From: Camelus ferus
Lineage: Eukaryota
Reading direction: 5' to 3'
DNA length: 64,000 bases
NCBI RefSeq assembly: GCF_009834535.1
Contig: NC_045697.1
Coordinates: forward strand, 2,420,001 to 2,484,000
In this document: piece after piece, positions 11,966 to 23,982 of the stretch
Layout: the number at the start of each line of letters is the position of its first letter
How positions within the stretch are numbered: the stretch's first letter is position 1
Position numbers and translations under genes: made by a program
Notes under the pieces: model-generated
Database searches by the model: none
Seen by the model: the letters and a program-made list of their open reading frames with translations, nothing else
Told to the model about the DNA's origin: nothing

Positions 11966-13668
11966 CCTGGAGGATGTGCTTCGGGGATGCTAGGAGCTTT
12001 CCTCCCACTCCCAGTGCGTGGGCTGCTGCGCCCCTCCATCCTGCCCCACATGAGAGAGGCCTGGGGGGCCCTGGGGGAGGGCCCCAGGCACTTGCAGAGT
12101 ATCAGCCTCTGAGTCCTGCTGAGCCCTGGGTGAGGGTCCTTGGCTCTGCCCCGTCCCCGGCCACGGCTCCTCTCTCTGCCCTGCCCCACAAGCCTTCTCC
12201 AGCCAAAAAGTGCCTTCCAGAATGCTCCCGGCGATGCGGCTGCCTGCACACAGTCTCGCAGGCTCCCCTCTGCCCTTGTAGGCGCCCGGCTCCTGGACTG
12301 GGCTGACAGTGGCCGGACTCCTGGCTCTGGTGCCTGCTCAGCACACGTTTGCTGAGCTGCAGCGAGGAAGTGGTTGGTCAGTCGGTGGCTCCCAGCTCGT
12401 TGGTGTCACACTATGGGCTGCGTCCAGCCCCAAACACTTCCTGACCCCCTCGTCACAGGTCAGTGGATGCTCGGGCACCTCATGTTGCCCCTCCCACTCT
12501 CACTCTTCCCCCACCGAGACAGGAGGCGTCCGGGAAAGTGGGTGTCCAGCGAGGGTCCCAGGGACAGGCTTTTCCCGCACTTCTCAGGGTGCTCTGTCCG
12601 GCCCTCGTCCACCCTTTTGTCACATGCGTCCTGACCCCGTGGGGCTTTATGTGACTGTCAACCCCAGTGCCTCCACTTGACAAGGGTGAGTGCGTGACCG
12701 CACATCTTGGGGCCGCACGCAGTGAGCACAGGCGGGCGGTGACCCAAGTGCGTGGAGTCCAGTCCTTCCTCGGAAGTTTCCACGTTGCTGGTGGAAGGAC
12801 CCTCTCCCTCCCCTTGGACTCTGAGTGTCAGGATGCTTCCCGCCACAGTGGAGAGAGAGCCTGTCTGCATGGGGCCGCAGGGCTCCCTGCAAGATGAGGG
12901 AGCGGGGGGAGCAGGGGAAGAGGGGGCGAGGGGCCGATCAAGGGATGGGACAGCTGTGCCCGGGCCATCGGACCTGCTGACAGCATCTGTGCAGCTTCTG
13001 CGCCCCTGGAACCCACCTCCCTGGGGTCCTTTGTACCTAAATGACACATGAGGCAGATGGCATGGTGACATGACATTTCAGTCCTTCCGACTTCCTATAT
13101 GAATCCAGGGCACATGGAAACTCAGATGCCAGGGACACTTGCCTCTGAACTAGCGACAAGGGAACCCACACAGCTCCGCACACAGTGGGTGAGGACCAAC
13201 ACTCACAGCCTGGGGCCTGTAGAGGCATCTGCTGGAGCAGCGGGTGGACCGAGAGTGGCCGCTGAGGCAGCACAGGGCCCTGTGAGGACGGCGGCACCGG
13301 GGCAGGTGTGTCCAGCCCAGCAGCAGGTGATGGCCAGGATCCACATGGGGACAAACGGGACTGCCCCCCCAGGCTCCCTTCCGGGACAGGCGCAGGCAGA
13401 GAAGCTGCTGGAAGTGTCTCACGACTAAGCCAGAGGGCACCAAAGCCAGCGAGAGGCTCCAGCCCTGAGTCGGGTGGAGGCCGGAGCCAGGTCCCTAGTG
13501 CCCCACGGAGCTTGAGAAACTGGTTTCACAGACACTGGGGCAACAGAAAGGAATCGGGATCGAAGCCGGGCAAACCGAGGGTAACGTTCCCCGGACAGAG
13601 CGGGCCAGAGGGATGTGCCCAAAGGCCGGCTTGGGGCCTTGGCCTTGACTTGGGGTTTTGAGGGTTTT

Positions 13669-13760
13669 GTGTGTGTGTGTGCAGAAAGGTAATCTTTATT
13701 ATATTTCACTTTTTATTTATTACATTATATTATATTATATTAATTTATGTATTTCTGCTT
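13669..13760. repeat. (GT)n followed by an AT-rich low-complexity tract
   Basis: gtgtgtgtgtgt then (attat)n-like attatattatattatattaatttat. Confidence 0.75.
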
Positions 13761-14744
13761 AGAAACAGAGCAGATAGCAAGTTCATGAGGTATTTTTTGA
13801 TGATGATTCTTTTAAAATCAGGCTTCAGTCTCAGCCATCAGAAGCCAGCCCTCGCTGCACAGACATTCGGTCACTATTATCATCTTCAAAGCAGTAGCAT
13901 AAAGTAGCGTGAAGGAAATGGCTGAGAATTGCTGACGTGCCCAAAATGTGGATCACTGCCTTAAACCCTATCCCTGTATTTTCTGAATGTTCTTCTTAAA
14001 CACTGAGCAATTATTTTTATTCAGCCGGCAAAGTACCCACCAGTGCACATAGCATTCCATAGCAGATCGACCTCGCATCTGGTGCCAGCCGTCGACTTTA
14101 AACGTCCTGAAACGCACTCAGCAGACAGAACCCACCTCGTGGGCGCACAGCTGACCTGAGAGACAGGGTGACCGTCCTCGGGAAAGAACCGGAAATAGAG
14201 TTTAAAAACCACCCCTGGAACAAAGACTAACCTAGAATAAGCACAACCCAGGGCTTCACAGTAACACAAGCAGAAAAGGAGGAGTGTGTCTAAAATCACA
14301 GAGAAATGGAGAAGCAGGACTCCACGGGCCGAAGAGGATTCTGGAGGGTGGAGGGACCGTCTGGAGCCTGGCTGCTGGAGCCACTCCAGGAGGGACCCAG
14401 CCTCGCTGGGCACCTGCATGGAGCTGTCACAGTGGGCCCTCCCCGCCTTTTGAGGTGGGGGCGCATGACCTGCCGGGGCAGGAGCAAAGGTCTATCTCCC
14501 CAGAGTCTCATGCCCAGCAGATGGTAGAACAAGGTTCTGGCTGGTTCCCAACCTAGGTCCTCCCTAATGCACCCCAAGAGCTGGTGCTGCCCCCCAAACC
14601 CAGGGCTCGGGGCCTCTGGAGCTGCTGGGAAGGAAGGAGACAGGAGGCCCCACAGCCACACAGCTTGTCACCCACACCCCTCTCTGCATGTCACTTCTCA
14701 GCCCGCTGTCGGTGAAAAGGTTGTGGGGGTGCCAGCACCAGACC

Positions 14745-14862
14745 AGTCTTCAGTTCAAACCTGGCTCCCTGCTTCCTGGCTGTGTGAACGTAGGCAGGGA
14801 GCTCAACCTCTCTGAGCCTCGTTTCGTGACAAAATGGGGCTGTGCAGGTGATAATCGTTGAG
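14745..14862 (+). mobile_element. MIR SINE
   Basis: gttcaaacctggctcc...ctgtgtgaacgtaggcag...aacctctctgagcctcgtttc...aaaatgggg. Confidence 0.7.
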
Positions 14863-15049
14863 GACAGCAACGCGGAACTGCCCAGCCTTGACTCCAAGCC
14901 CACAGGGGCTCTGAGTGTCGTCCACGTGTCGCCTGTTTAACGCCCACCGGGCGCCTCTGAGGAAGGCACGGTCATTGCCTTCATTGCAGAGATGAGGGGA
15001 CGGAGCCCAGAGCAGCCCTGTCTCCCTCCTATGCTGCCCGTGGGTGAGG

Positions 15050-15710
15050 AGAGCAGCTGCAGAGCGACGCAGGGCCCGGCTCCTCGGGCTGCACGGGCGC
15101 AGCTGCTGTGTCCCTGGAGGTCCCAGTGGACCTGGTGTGGAGCCGGGGTGTTTCTGGCGGCGGGGGGAGGAGTGCGAGGTGGCAGGACCGGGCACCTTGC
15201 CCAGGCCTCCCAGTGTGGACAGAGCTGGCCTGGAATCGAGGCCTCAGACTCGGGCTCGGGGCGCCCGCAGCCCTCCCGGCGGCCCAGGAGCCGAGGACAC
15301 TGGAGGGCGGGGTCTGGGCAGCACCCCCGCCCTGGCCTCCCCAGACCCCTTGCTACGGAGTGTTGCCCGCCTCCCCGAGGGCTTCCATGGCATGGCCTTA
15401 AAAACCACGCAGCAGCTCGTTAACCCCCGGCGTGCCCTTATCCTGAGAGCACGTTCCTGCCCCTGACGCCCCCCCACCCCAGCGCAGGGCGCGGGCTCTG
15501 GACCCCGCCAGCCCCTGGCTGTGCTTGGCCTCTGGCTGCCCCCCACCTGCCCCCCACCCCCCGGCCCAGAGGCGGGGTGCGGGGCTTGGCGAGTCCTCAG
15601 CAGGGCTAGCTCGGGCCGCTTCCACTCTATAGACCTGCAGGGAGCGGGGCGCGAGCACGGCCGCCGAGTGGCACAGTCGTCGTCACGAGGTGGTGGGGTT
15701 CCAGGTGAGT
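15050..15710 (+). promoter_or_regulatory. CpG-rich segment with GC boxes, ending at a consensus 5' splice site
   Basis: Dense CpGs, GGGCGGGG near 15305, ggcggggtgcggggc at 15571, CAG|GTGAGT with GT at 15705. Confidence 0.35.
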
Positions 15711-18047
15711 CTCCTCTTTCCCCCATACTTCTCCGTGTTAAACAACGTAGGAATGTGTGGTTTGTGTAACTGCAGGACCAGTAAAGCTCTTTGGGTTCTG
15801 CAGGGAGGAGAAGGGAGCTCGCTGCACGCCCAGGGGTTTGGCGGTGGGATGTTTAGACTTGGGGGTGAGGCAGAGTGATGGGGTGACGGTGGGGGGGTGG
15901 CAGGTGGCCCCTCCCAGCACCTGCTCTTCTCTGGATGTAGGCTGCAGGCTAATTGCTTCACAGGCGTCCAGGCACCGTGGCACGTAACTCTCACCCAAAG
16001 TTGTCCAAGCACCAAGCTGGAGGACCCCGGATCTCGCCGGCAACTGCCTCCTCAGATCCAGTGAGGCGGAGGATGAGCCCGGGGCCCGGGGCGGGCCCTG
16101 GGAGTCGTGTTCTAGTTCAGTTAGCGGACGAAGCTTCCAGCGGGAGTCCTCCAAAGGCCAAGGGTGCAGCCTTCCAGGACACGGGGCTCGGGACGGGGCC
16201 GCCAGGGTGCTGGGCCTCTCCAGGAAGGAAGGAGAACGGGGAGTTTCAGCCAGGGAGGGGCTCGGCCTGTGACAGCAGTGCCATCCTTACTGGGTCCAGC
16301 TCCTTGCGGGGCACTTAGCTGCCGTCTTCCCAGGTGGGTCTGGGTGCTCCCAGGATCACAGGGGACTTGCCTGGTCTGACAGGAAGGAGTTGGTGGAAAT
16401 TAGGGTCCAGCCCTAAGAACCAACCAGAGGCAGGTAATGCGAGCGGGAAAGAAGTCTGGGGAGGTGCCCAAGGTTGTGACCTTGTGAGTGGGCAGGGAGA
16501 GGCCTTGTTCTGGGATGAACTGATTTTGGGTTCAACTTTAGGTGGTGTCTGGGGTCGGCAAGCAGAGCACCCAAAAGGAGGTGGCAGCGGGAGCCTCAGG
16601 CTTGGGTGAGGGTCCAGGCTGGACGTGGAGGTCAGTGCGGGTGCGAGCCCCCAGGATGGGTGTGTGCAGAGAGACCAGGAGAGCCCTGGCAGATGCCTGT
16701 GTGTAAGGGGAGGAGGAGGAGCCCCGGGGAGCGGGGCCACGTGTGGGGCAGGAGCTATCGGTGGGCCTGCAGCCACGGGATAGTGGTGCCTCGGCTCCGT
16801 GGAGGCCAGGAAGGAGAAGCCAGGAGGGGGCTGGTGCTGGGCCATCTTGGGACAAGTGGCCTGGACACTTGACCTTCCTCGTGGAGGCGTACCAGCCCCT
16901 CAACGTGCTTTTGTATTGCAGTCTCTCCACCCCATCGGGTGCTGTTGGAGGCACAGCCTGTCGCATTACCACAGGCAAGCCAAGCAGTCTCCACCCTCAG
17001 ACTTTAAATCGGGAGCAAGAAATAAGCGGCAGCGGTTACAAAACATGCTGGGCTCCTGGAGAGAGGGGTGGTGGTGGCGCTGCAGCAAGATGGGGTCCCC
17101 AAGTAGCGGCCGCAGGGACACAGCATCCGGCACCCGCCAGAGCTTCCCGGGGAGGGAGGTGAGTGTTGTTCCTGGATGCCCAGCTCAGAACCGGGTGTCC
17201 CAGACCTTCTGGAAGCTTGTGAACTGCTCGCAGCCCTCTTAATGGTTCCACTTTGGCTCAAATGGCCCTAGTTGGTTTCTGATGCTTTCAGGGGAAAACT
17301 ATGACCGCTAACAGGACTCGGTACCCGAAGTGGGGTGCCCAGAGGAAGCACAAAGCCTAAAACATAGGCTGGGCAGGAGACGGGGAGGCAGTCTTCTATC
17401 TGATGAAAACCTTCGCTGCCTGTTTAAATGTAGGGTGAGCGCGGCAGGCCCCCGAGGCCGGGATTCTGGGGGAAAGCGTGGGGAATTCCAAGGTGGTGTG
17501 AGCTGGCTGCTCCCAAGGGCCCCTGAGGAAGTGGTTGGCACCAGGCGCTGAGGGGACAATGCAGGCCTGGAGCAGTGGCTGCTAAGGCTGCAGTGGAACC
17601 AAGCCCATTTCCCAAGCCTCCTCCAGGAGCCTCCGAGGGCACCCTCTGCGGTCACAGGGACAACCCAGCCGGCAAAAGTCAGAGGGCAGCGATGGGAGGT
17701 GTGGGCAGACCGGGCCGAGGGGTCTGCAGGGCTGGGATCGAGGGTCCAGCCGGGAGCTCTGCCTGAGGCCGCTACCTCGTGGCGTTGACTGGACGTCCAG
17801 ACTAGCAGCCAGCTAAGATGGCACGAGAACTAGCTGGCAGAGGAAGCCTGAGCTTGACGGACAGAAACCGGAGATGGCTCACCTCTCCCTGCAAGCCAGG
17901 CACAGGGACGGGCCAGGCCAGGGAGGGTGGGGGAGGCATTCCCCTCCTGGGCAAAATATAAGGGGACCTCAAAAAACTCAGTCCTCGAGGCAAGTCATAT
18001 GTTATTTTTTAACCTTGCAAACATTTTATTTAGAAATTTCGAGTCAC

Positions 18048-18108
18048 TTTTTTACTGAGGTATAGTCAGTTCACAACTGTTGTATCGATTCCTGGGGTAG
18101 AGTGTAAT
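18048..18108 (-). mobile_element. Extreme 3' end of a camelid/cetartiodactyl-type L1
   Basis: ttttttactgaggtatagtcagttcacaac...; its reverse complement matches the L1 ends at 18270-18295 and 60875-60912. Confidence 0.7.
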
Positions 18109-18350
18109 GCAGATACTAACTGCTGTGTGAAGAACAGATGAGCAGCAAGCTTCTCCTACAGAGCACAGGGAACTGTATCTAATATCATGTAGTCACCTAT
18201 GATGGAAAGAATATGGAAAGGAATATATGTGTGTGTGTGTGACTGAAGCATGCTGTGCGCCAGAAATTGGCACGTTGTAAACTGACTAGACTTCCACACA
18301 AAAAAAAAAAAAAACAATAAAATAAACAAATACATACATACACAAATAAA
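18108..18350 (+). mobile_element. L1 3' UTR end with poly(A) tail, camelid/cetartiodactyl-type
   Basis: gcacagggaactgtatct...aaagaatatggaaagg...gttgtaaactgactagacttc followed by an A14 run; homologous to 60720-60912. Confidence 0.85.
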
Positions 18351-19684
18351 CAGAGAAATAGAATAGTTTTAATACAAGCTGAGTTTTCCAGGAAAGCATC
18401 TATCTTGTAAATTGGGGAAATAGGTACGTTAAAAGAAACTGAGCCGCAGGTCACCAAAAATGGAAACGCGTCACCAACGTCGGCGCAGCCCTGGCACCTG
18501 CGCCCCGGGCACAGCGCTCCTGTGCTTCCTGCCCCCGGCCCCGCCAGCGCCACACACTGACTCGCGGGCCTTTAAAAACGAAAGCCCTGTGTCCTTTCAG
18601 CTTCAGCCCTCCTATGCGTGCGAGTTAGGGCGTTACGACGCCTTTTAAAATGTATTTGTGATGGATTAAACCACCTGTATCGTGCCAGAACTGTAATCTC
18701 GTGTAGAACAAAGGAATGCCTGAAAATGATTTTTTAAATCAATAACTGTAACCTTCAGTAAAGGGCCGTTTCCTGAGTACCTGCTGTGTGGCAAGGACTG
18801 TGGCAGGTGCTAGGTTCCCACACCCGTCCGGCCCTTGTAAATCCCTGCAGATGGGAGGTATGGCGTCCCTGTTCACAAAAGAGGAAACAGACTTGCAGAG
18901 AGTGAGTGTGGTGAGGGGCGAAGAGGGGAGCCCCGTGGGACCGACTCTCCATATGTACCCACATGTGATGCAACAGCTGAGGACGCATCCGCCCAGGGCA
19001 GAAACCAGACTGAGGACGGTATGATGAGGACGGCCCTGAACGGGCAGCACCCCGCCCCGGCGACCTGCATGCTTTGTCAGTGAGGATACCCGACGTTCGT
19101 GTTAACACTGAGGTGGAATAGGCAATCCGTCTTCCTGCAGCAAGTCGCACCCCTGAGGCCCCCTGCGCCCTGAGCTCTCGCGGCCCTTGAAAAGGCAGTT
19201 CCCTGGCGGGGTCTCCTTTCCCCGAAGGGCGCCACCAACCTTTCCAGCCAGGAAAACGCTCTCTGACCCTCCTGCTACCACCGTGGGTAGTCAGGGCGCC
19301 AGCCCTTTTCAGCCCCTTCTGCAGACAGACCAGTGCCCACAGGACGCTGCCCCAGCCTCAGGTGCCCCAAGGCAGCTCTTGGAGACAAGCATTTTTTCCC
19401 ACAAGAGTTCTTATATCCTTTCCCTCTTTTTTGTATCACATATTTATTATGCCATCTAACAAAATCTTTTGAAGCCAGCAGAAAAAAATCAGGGGTAATG
19501 AATCATCCTGAAAGAAATAATAGCAACACTTCGCTGTTTCTCCTCAAATAGTATTTGTCTTGTAAAAATAGATTATCTTGGATTGCAAGGGGAGGATGCA
19601 CACAAAACCACCTCTGTGGTGAGGACTTGTCAGAAGGGCCCTTGGGGACGTAAGTGAGCAGGAAACCGCCCCGGCAGCACCCAG

Positions 19685-20935
19685 CCCTCCGGTCTCTCCG
19701 CTGCTGGGTCACGTGTCTACGGCTCTGTGGTTCGGTGCATGTGCGCTGAAGACGGCTGTGTCGTCCTGGCCGAGCGACCTTTTTATCGCTGCATCGTTTG
19801 TATGTCCCTGCTTGTGCCTGGTGTTTTTCTTTGCTCCGAAGTCTGCTTTACCTGACGTGAGTATTGCCTGCACACTCGTGTGACAGTAACACGGCCACTC
19901 CTGCGTTCCTCTGATTAACGTTCGCATGATTAATTTTTCTCCATGCATTTACTTTCAACAAACCTCTTCATTATATCTGAGGTGAGTTTCCTTTACACAG
20001 CACATGCAGGGGTCATTTTTCCTGTCTGCTCTGTCAGCCTGTCATTTAATTGGTGCATCTAGACCATTTGCATTTAATGTAGTTGTAAATACGCTAGGGC
20101 TTAAGTTGCCCCCCCCCTTTTTTTTTTGGTTCTCTGCTTATTCTCTCAGTTTCTCCTTTCTCTGTTTTCCCCCTGCTTTCCTGCGGGTTACCTGAACATC
20201 ACTTTGAATTCCGTTTTGATGTGTCCCTCGTGGAGCTGAGTGTGTCTGTTTGCGTGGGTTTCTACGTGTCTGACACAGTTATTACATGATGTACATAACG
20301 TCATAGGCCACCTCTGTCACCATTTTCCAGTTTTGGTGAAGTACAAAAACATTGCCTCGTTTTAGGTCCTTTTGCTGCCCCACGTTTATAATATAATTGC
20401 CTTAAATACCTCCTCCACGTGCACTGAGAATCATGTCAGACAGTGTTACAATTTTTGCTTCAACTGTCAAACATGATTTAGAAAATTCAGGAGGAGGAGG
20501 AAGGCCTGTTTTATTTACACACATTTTTGCTTTTCATGGTCTTCCTTCCTTCCTGATGTTCCAAGGTTCCTCATTTTATCATTTTCTGTTCAGAGAGCTG
20601 CCTTTATCCAGTCTGTTAGGATAAATCCCCTGATGACAAACACCCACAGCTTCTCTTCATCTTGGAGGGCCTTGCTGTCCCCTTAATTCCTGAAGGACAT
20701 TCTCTCGGGGTTTCGAATTCTGGGGTGGCCATTCCTTCACTCTGGCCTGGTTTATGAAGAGAAACCTGCCTTCTCTCAAAGTGTTTCCTCGACAGGCATC
20801 ATTTTTCTCTGGCTGCTTTCAAGATTTTTGCTTTGTCTTAAACTTTCGGAAGTTTGATGATAATGCGTCTTGGCATGGATCCTTTGGGTGGATCCTGCCT
20901 GCAGTTCACGCGCCTTGATTCTAGGTGCATGCCTT
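19685..20935 (-). mobile_element. Ancient L1M fragment covering the ORF1 end, inter-ORF region and ORF2 endonuclease start
   Basis: Minus ORF 19709-19948 reads AILTSGKADFGAKKNTRHKQGH..IKRSLGQDDTAVFSAHAPNHRA, resembling L1 EN AILISDKxDF..ITRDKEGH..IKGSIxQEDITI.N.YAPN; tttctctggctgctttcaagattt corresponds to ORF1 KILKAARE. Confidence 0.85.
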
Positions 20936-21554
20936 TGTCTGGCTCTGGACCCTGCCTCCTCCCCATCCTCGGGCCAGCAGGACTCTGACAGAAGCCCCCT
21001 ATTACCTTTTATTTTGGGGGCTGAGAGACCTGGGGTGCTGGGCATGGGGCAGGGGACAGCCCCTTGGCCCAGCTGGGGTTCCACATTTAGCTGTGAGGAC
21101 AGAACAGTGACAGGCAGACAGGAGTGAGCCAGAGCAGGCGGCCTGGAGGGTCAGGGCTCCGCATCCCGGGCTGCCCGATCCCGGCCGGCCTGCCTGGTTC
21201 GCTCATGCTGTGCCCGAATCATCTCTCCACCAGCCCCTGAGCGGGGAAAGGAGAACGGAGAAAACCCGCCTGAACCCAGGCGTCACGCACGAGAGTCGCT
21301 CTGCACGCGCTAGAGCAGGACTGAGCGCCCACGCAAGTGAGCGCGGAGAAGCCGGCGAAACAAGAACCCAGAACCCGAGGAGGAGGCGCCTCGGGGAGCG
21401 TGTGTCCGCCGTGGGGGCCAGGGCTGCAGCCATGGGTGTGGATTCCCCAGCAGTGCCTGACCCAGGGCAGGTGTCCAGTGACTAGTCACTGAGCCACAGG
21501 TCACGAGCACTGACTGGGGATTCTTGCCCCAAAGCCAGCCTGTGGCTTCATGGA

Positions 21555-21735
21555 GCTGGGCGCCTGGGCTCCACTCGCAGCTGCACCACGCACCGCGCTG
21601 GCCAAGTCGCTCCCCTTCCCTGCGCCTCCCAGGTCGGGGAATGATACCGCCTCATTCTCGGTGAGTGTAAACTGGGGTCTTAGGAAGCGTTCAGGACAGC
21701 GCTGGGCACCTGGTGGGCACCGCGTGACTTGAGAT
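21555..21735 (+). mobile_element. MIR, GC-shifted
   Basis: ggccaagtcgctccccttccctgcgcctc...ggggaatgatacc...aagcgttcaggacagcgctgggcacctgg follows MIR block order. Confidence 0.55.
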
Positions 21736-22413
21736 TATCAACTACCTCCCATGTAAGACGGAGCATGCTGGCAGGAGGACCATCAACCTCATTCTACAGA
21801 AAAGGCACCTGAGGTGCGGAGGCCAAGCCACCCACCTGAGGTCACACCGAGCACCTGCTAGGTGCCAGGCCTCCTGCTGGTGCCCATGCTGCAAAAGCGA
21901 ATCAGACCATCCCCACCCGCCCCCCAGGAGCGTACTTTCTTCCCTCTCTCAGTCCCTCCAGTGGGGGGAAAGGGGGCTGGCATCTAGGGGACCTGATATG
22001 TGCCAGGCAAGGGGCTCGTATGCCCTCTGCAGTCCCTCCGTGGTTGGAACATGAGGGAATCTGCTCAGCTCTCTGCCTGTTTGTGGCTGCCCGCTGCTCA
22101 GACCTGCAGGCCGTCGGGGCGGTCACGTGAGGAGGAAGAGCCCCTGAGTGGCACCCGCTCTCACCTACCGACAACAAGCAAACTTAGAAGGGAAGAAACT
22201 ACCACCAGAGCCCCGGGGGGCGCGGGGTCTTCCGAGCCTGCGTGGGCCAGGCTCCGGCTTCTTCGCTCTGACCCTCTGTCCCGAGGAGCCAGTTGCCCCC
22301 ATGATGTTCAGGAATTGGCCCAATTAGCATGAATTGTGCTCAGCAAACTCCATGAAGCTCCTAAATCAATCTGAAGCACGAAGAGTGACTCCAATGGGAC
22401 GGCCATAACTCAG

Positions 22414-22958
22414 TGACTGAGGAAGAAAATACCCTTCACAGCCGCCTTGGCTCTAATAGGTCGCACACAGACGTCCTCAGACGTGTTTCCGAGGAAAGGG
22501 AGTGTGCTGCGCAGCAGTTCCCTCGCCTCGGAGCAGGGCAGGCGGGCCTGCAGGCCGCTGCGGTAAGGTCTGCCTCACCTACGGGGGTGGAGTGAGGCCC
22601 TTGTTGGCCCTAAATGCAGGTCAGATCTTCCTAATACTGACTGGAGCAGTCCCGAAGCAGCAGGCACTCCGGGGGCTCTCTTCAGGGTCCTGCAAGAGGC
22701 ACCTTCTTTGAATTCAAAGGAAGAAGATTTCCAGCAGATGGGAGGGCCTCTGACTGGAGGATAAGGACAGAACAGCACGTAGGAGCCTCTGCGTAGCTTC
22801 AGGGCATCCACGCAGAAGGAATTCAGGACTCGCGGCTGAGTGGGGCTTTCCATGGAGGGAGGCCCTGATGGGTGGCGGGACAGGAAGAACGTTCAGTCTC
22901 TTCTCAGCCCTCCAGCGGTGACCAAGCCTCTCTCGCAGGCAAAGACCTGTGATTGTCA
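22414..22958 (-). mobile_element. Possible ERV solo LTR, family uncertain
   Basis: About 545 bp bounded by tgac...gtca with LTR-like composition; no clear TSD. Confidence 0.35.
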
Positions 22959-23575
22959 CTGGGGATGGGGACGTGGCCCCGAGATCAAGGTGCTGCAGCC
23001 TGGAGGGTGACAGGTGGAGGGACGGGGAATTGCAGCATCACCTGTCTGTGGACTGTCTGTGTCCCCCAGAATTCACAGCCCCCCGGGGGGTGGTATTTGG
23101 AGGAAGAGCCTTCCGATGCTAATGAATGAATGAAAAGCATGGACAGACTTCGCAGCAGGTTCTTGCCGCCCTGGCCTTCTCAGTACTGGCCTGGAGCCCT
23201 GGCTGATCCTACAGACACGCAGACAGGTGCAGCCGTCCTTGGGGGCCTGTGGGCCACATCCGTCCACTCTCGGCAGCTCTGGAGGGCCTCCCCTCCCCTC
23301 TGCGGGGGCAGACCCTGATGCATTGTAGCCCACAGGGTCAATAAGAAACGTGCAAAGTATGTTTTGTGTTGACCCTTGTGGGAGGAACCCCACTGGGAAA
23401 TCCACAAGAAGCCCCGCATTAGTCCTGAAGGGGAGGTGGGGCCAGCCTGGATGCTGAGCCCGGGGATCCCGCAGCCCTTGTGACCCAGCGGTCCCTCAGT
23501 CCCCGGGGGTCCTCGGGGACATCCTGCTCTCCTCCGCCTTCAGGTGGGAGGAGGGAAGCCCCTAGAGGAGATGCC

Positions 23576-23982
23576 TGGCAAGGACTCCTGGACTAGACTT
23601 TGCTCAGCCTCAACCTGCTCCTGGGCCTGACTGTGCACTTCCTGCTAAAATCCTTTCTGCAAGAACCCTGCTAGGTCAGTTTCACCAGAATCCCCCACCT
23701 CGACGTCTGATCAAATTCCTCATCCCATGGACCCTGGGGGCTGCCTGATGCCCCGGGGCCTTCAGCAAGGATCCTGCAGGGGATGGAGCAGACCCCCTCA
23801 CCCCAAGGTTCCCTCTTAGTAACCTCCCATCCTCTGACCCCACCTGCTCCTCGACTGTGAACCCCACTTGTCCATGCTGCATCCGGAGTTAACCTGGTTC
23901 TATGTAGACGTCTTTGTTCCTCTACTGCAGTGGTCCTGAGTAAAAGTCGTCTTTAGTGCTTTAACCCCTGCTTTCCCCGACA
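23576..23982 (+). mobile_element. MER31-like ERV1 solo LTR
   Basis: aagaaccctgctaggtcagttt..agaatccccca..tctgatcaaattcctcatccc, ctcttagtaa, degenerate poly(A) signal agtaaa, TG...CA ends. Confidence 0.75.
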
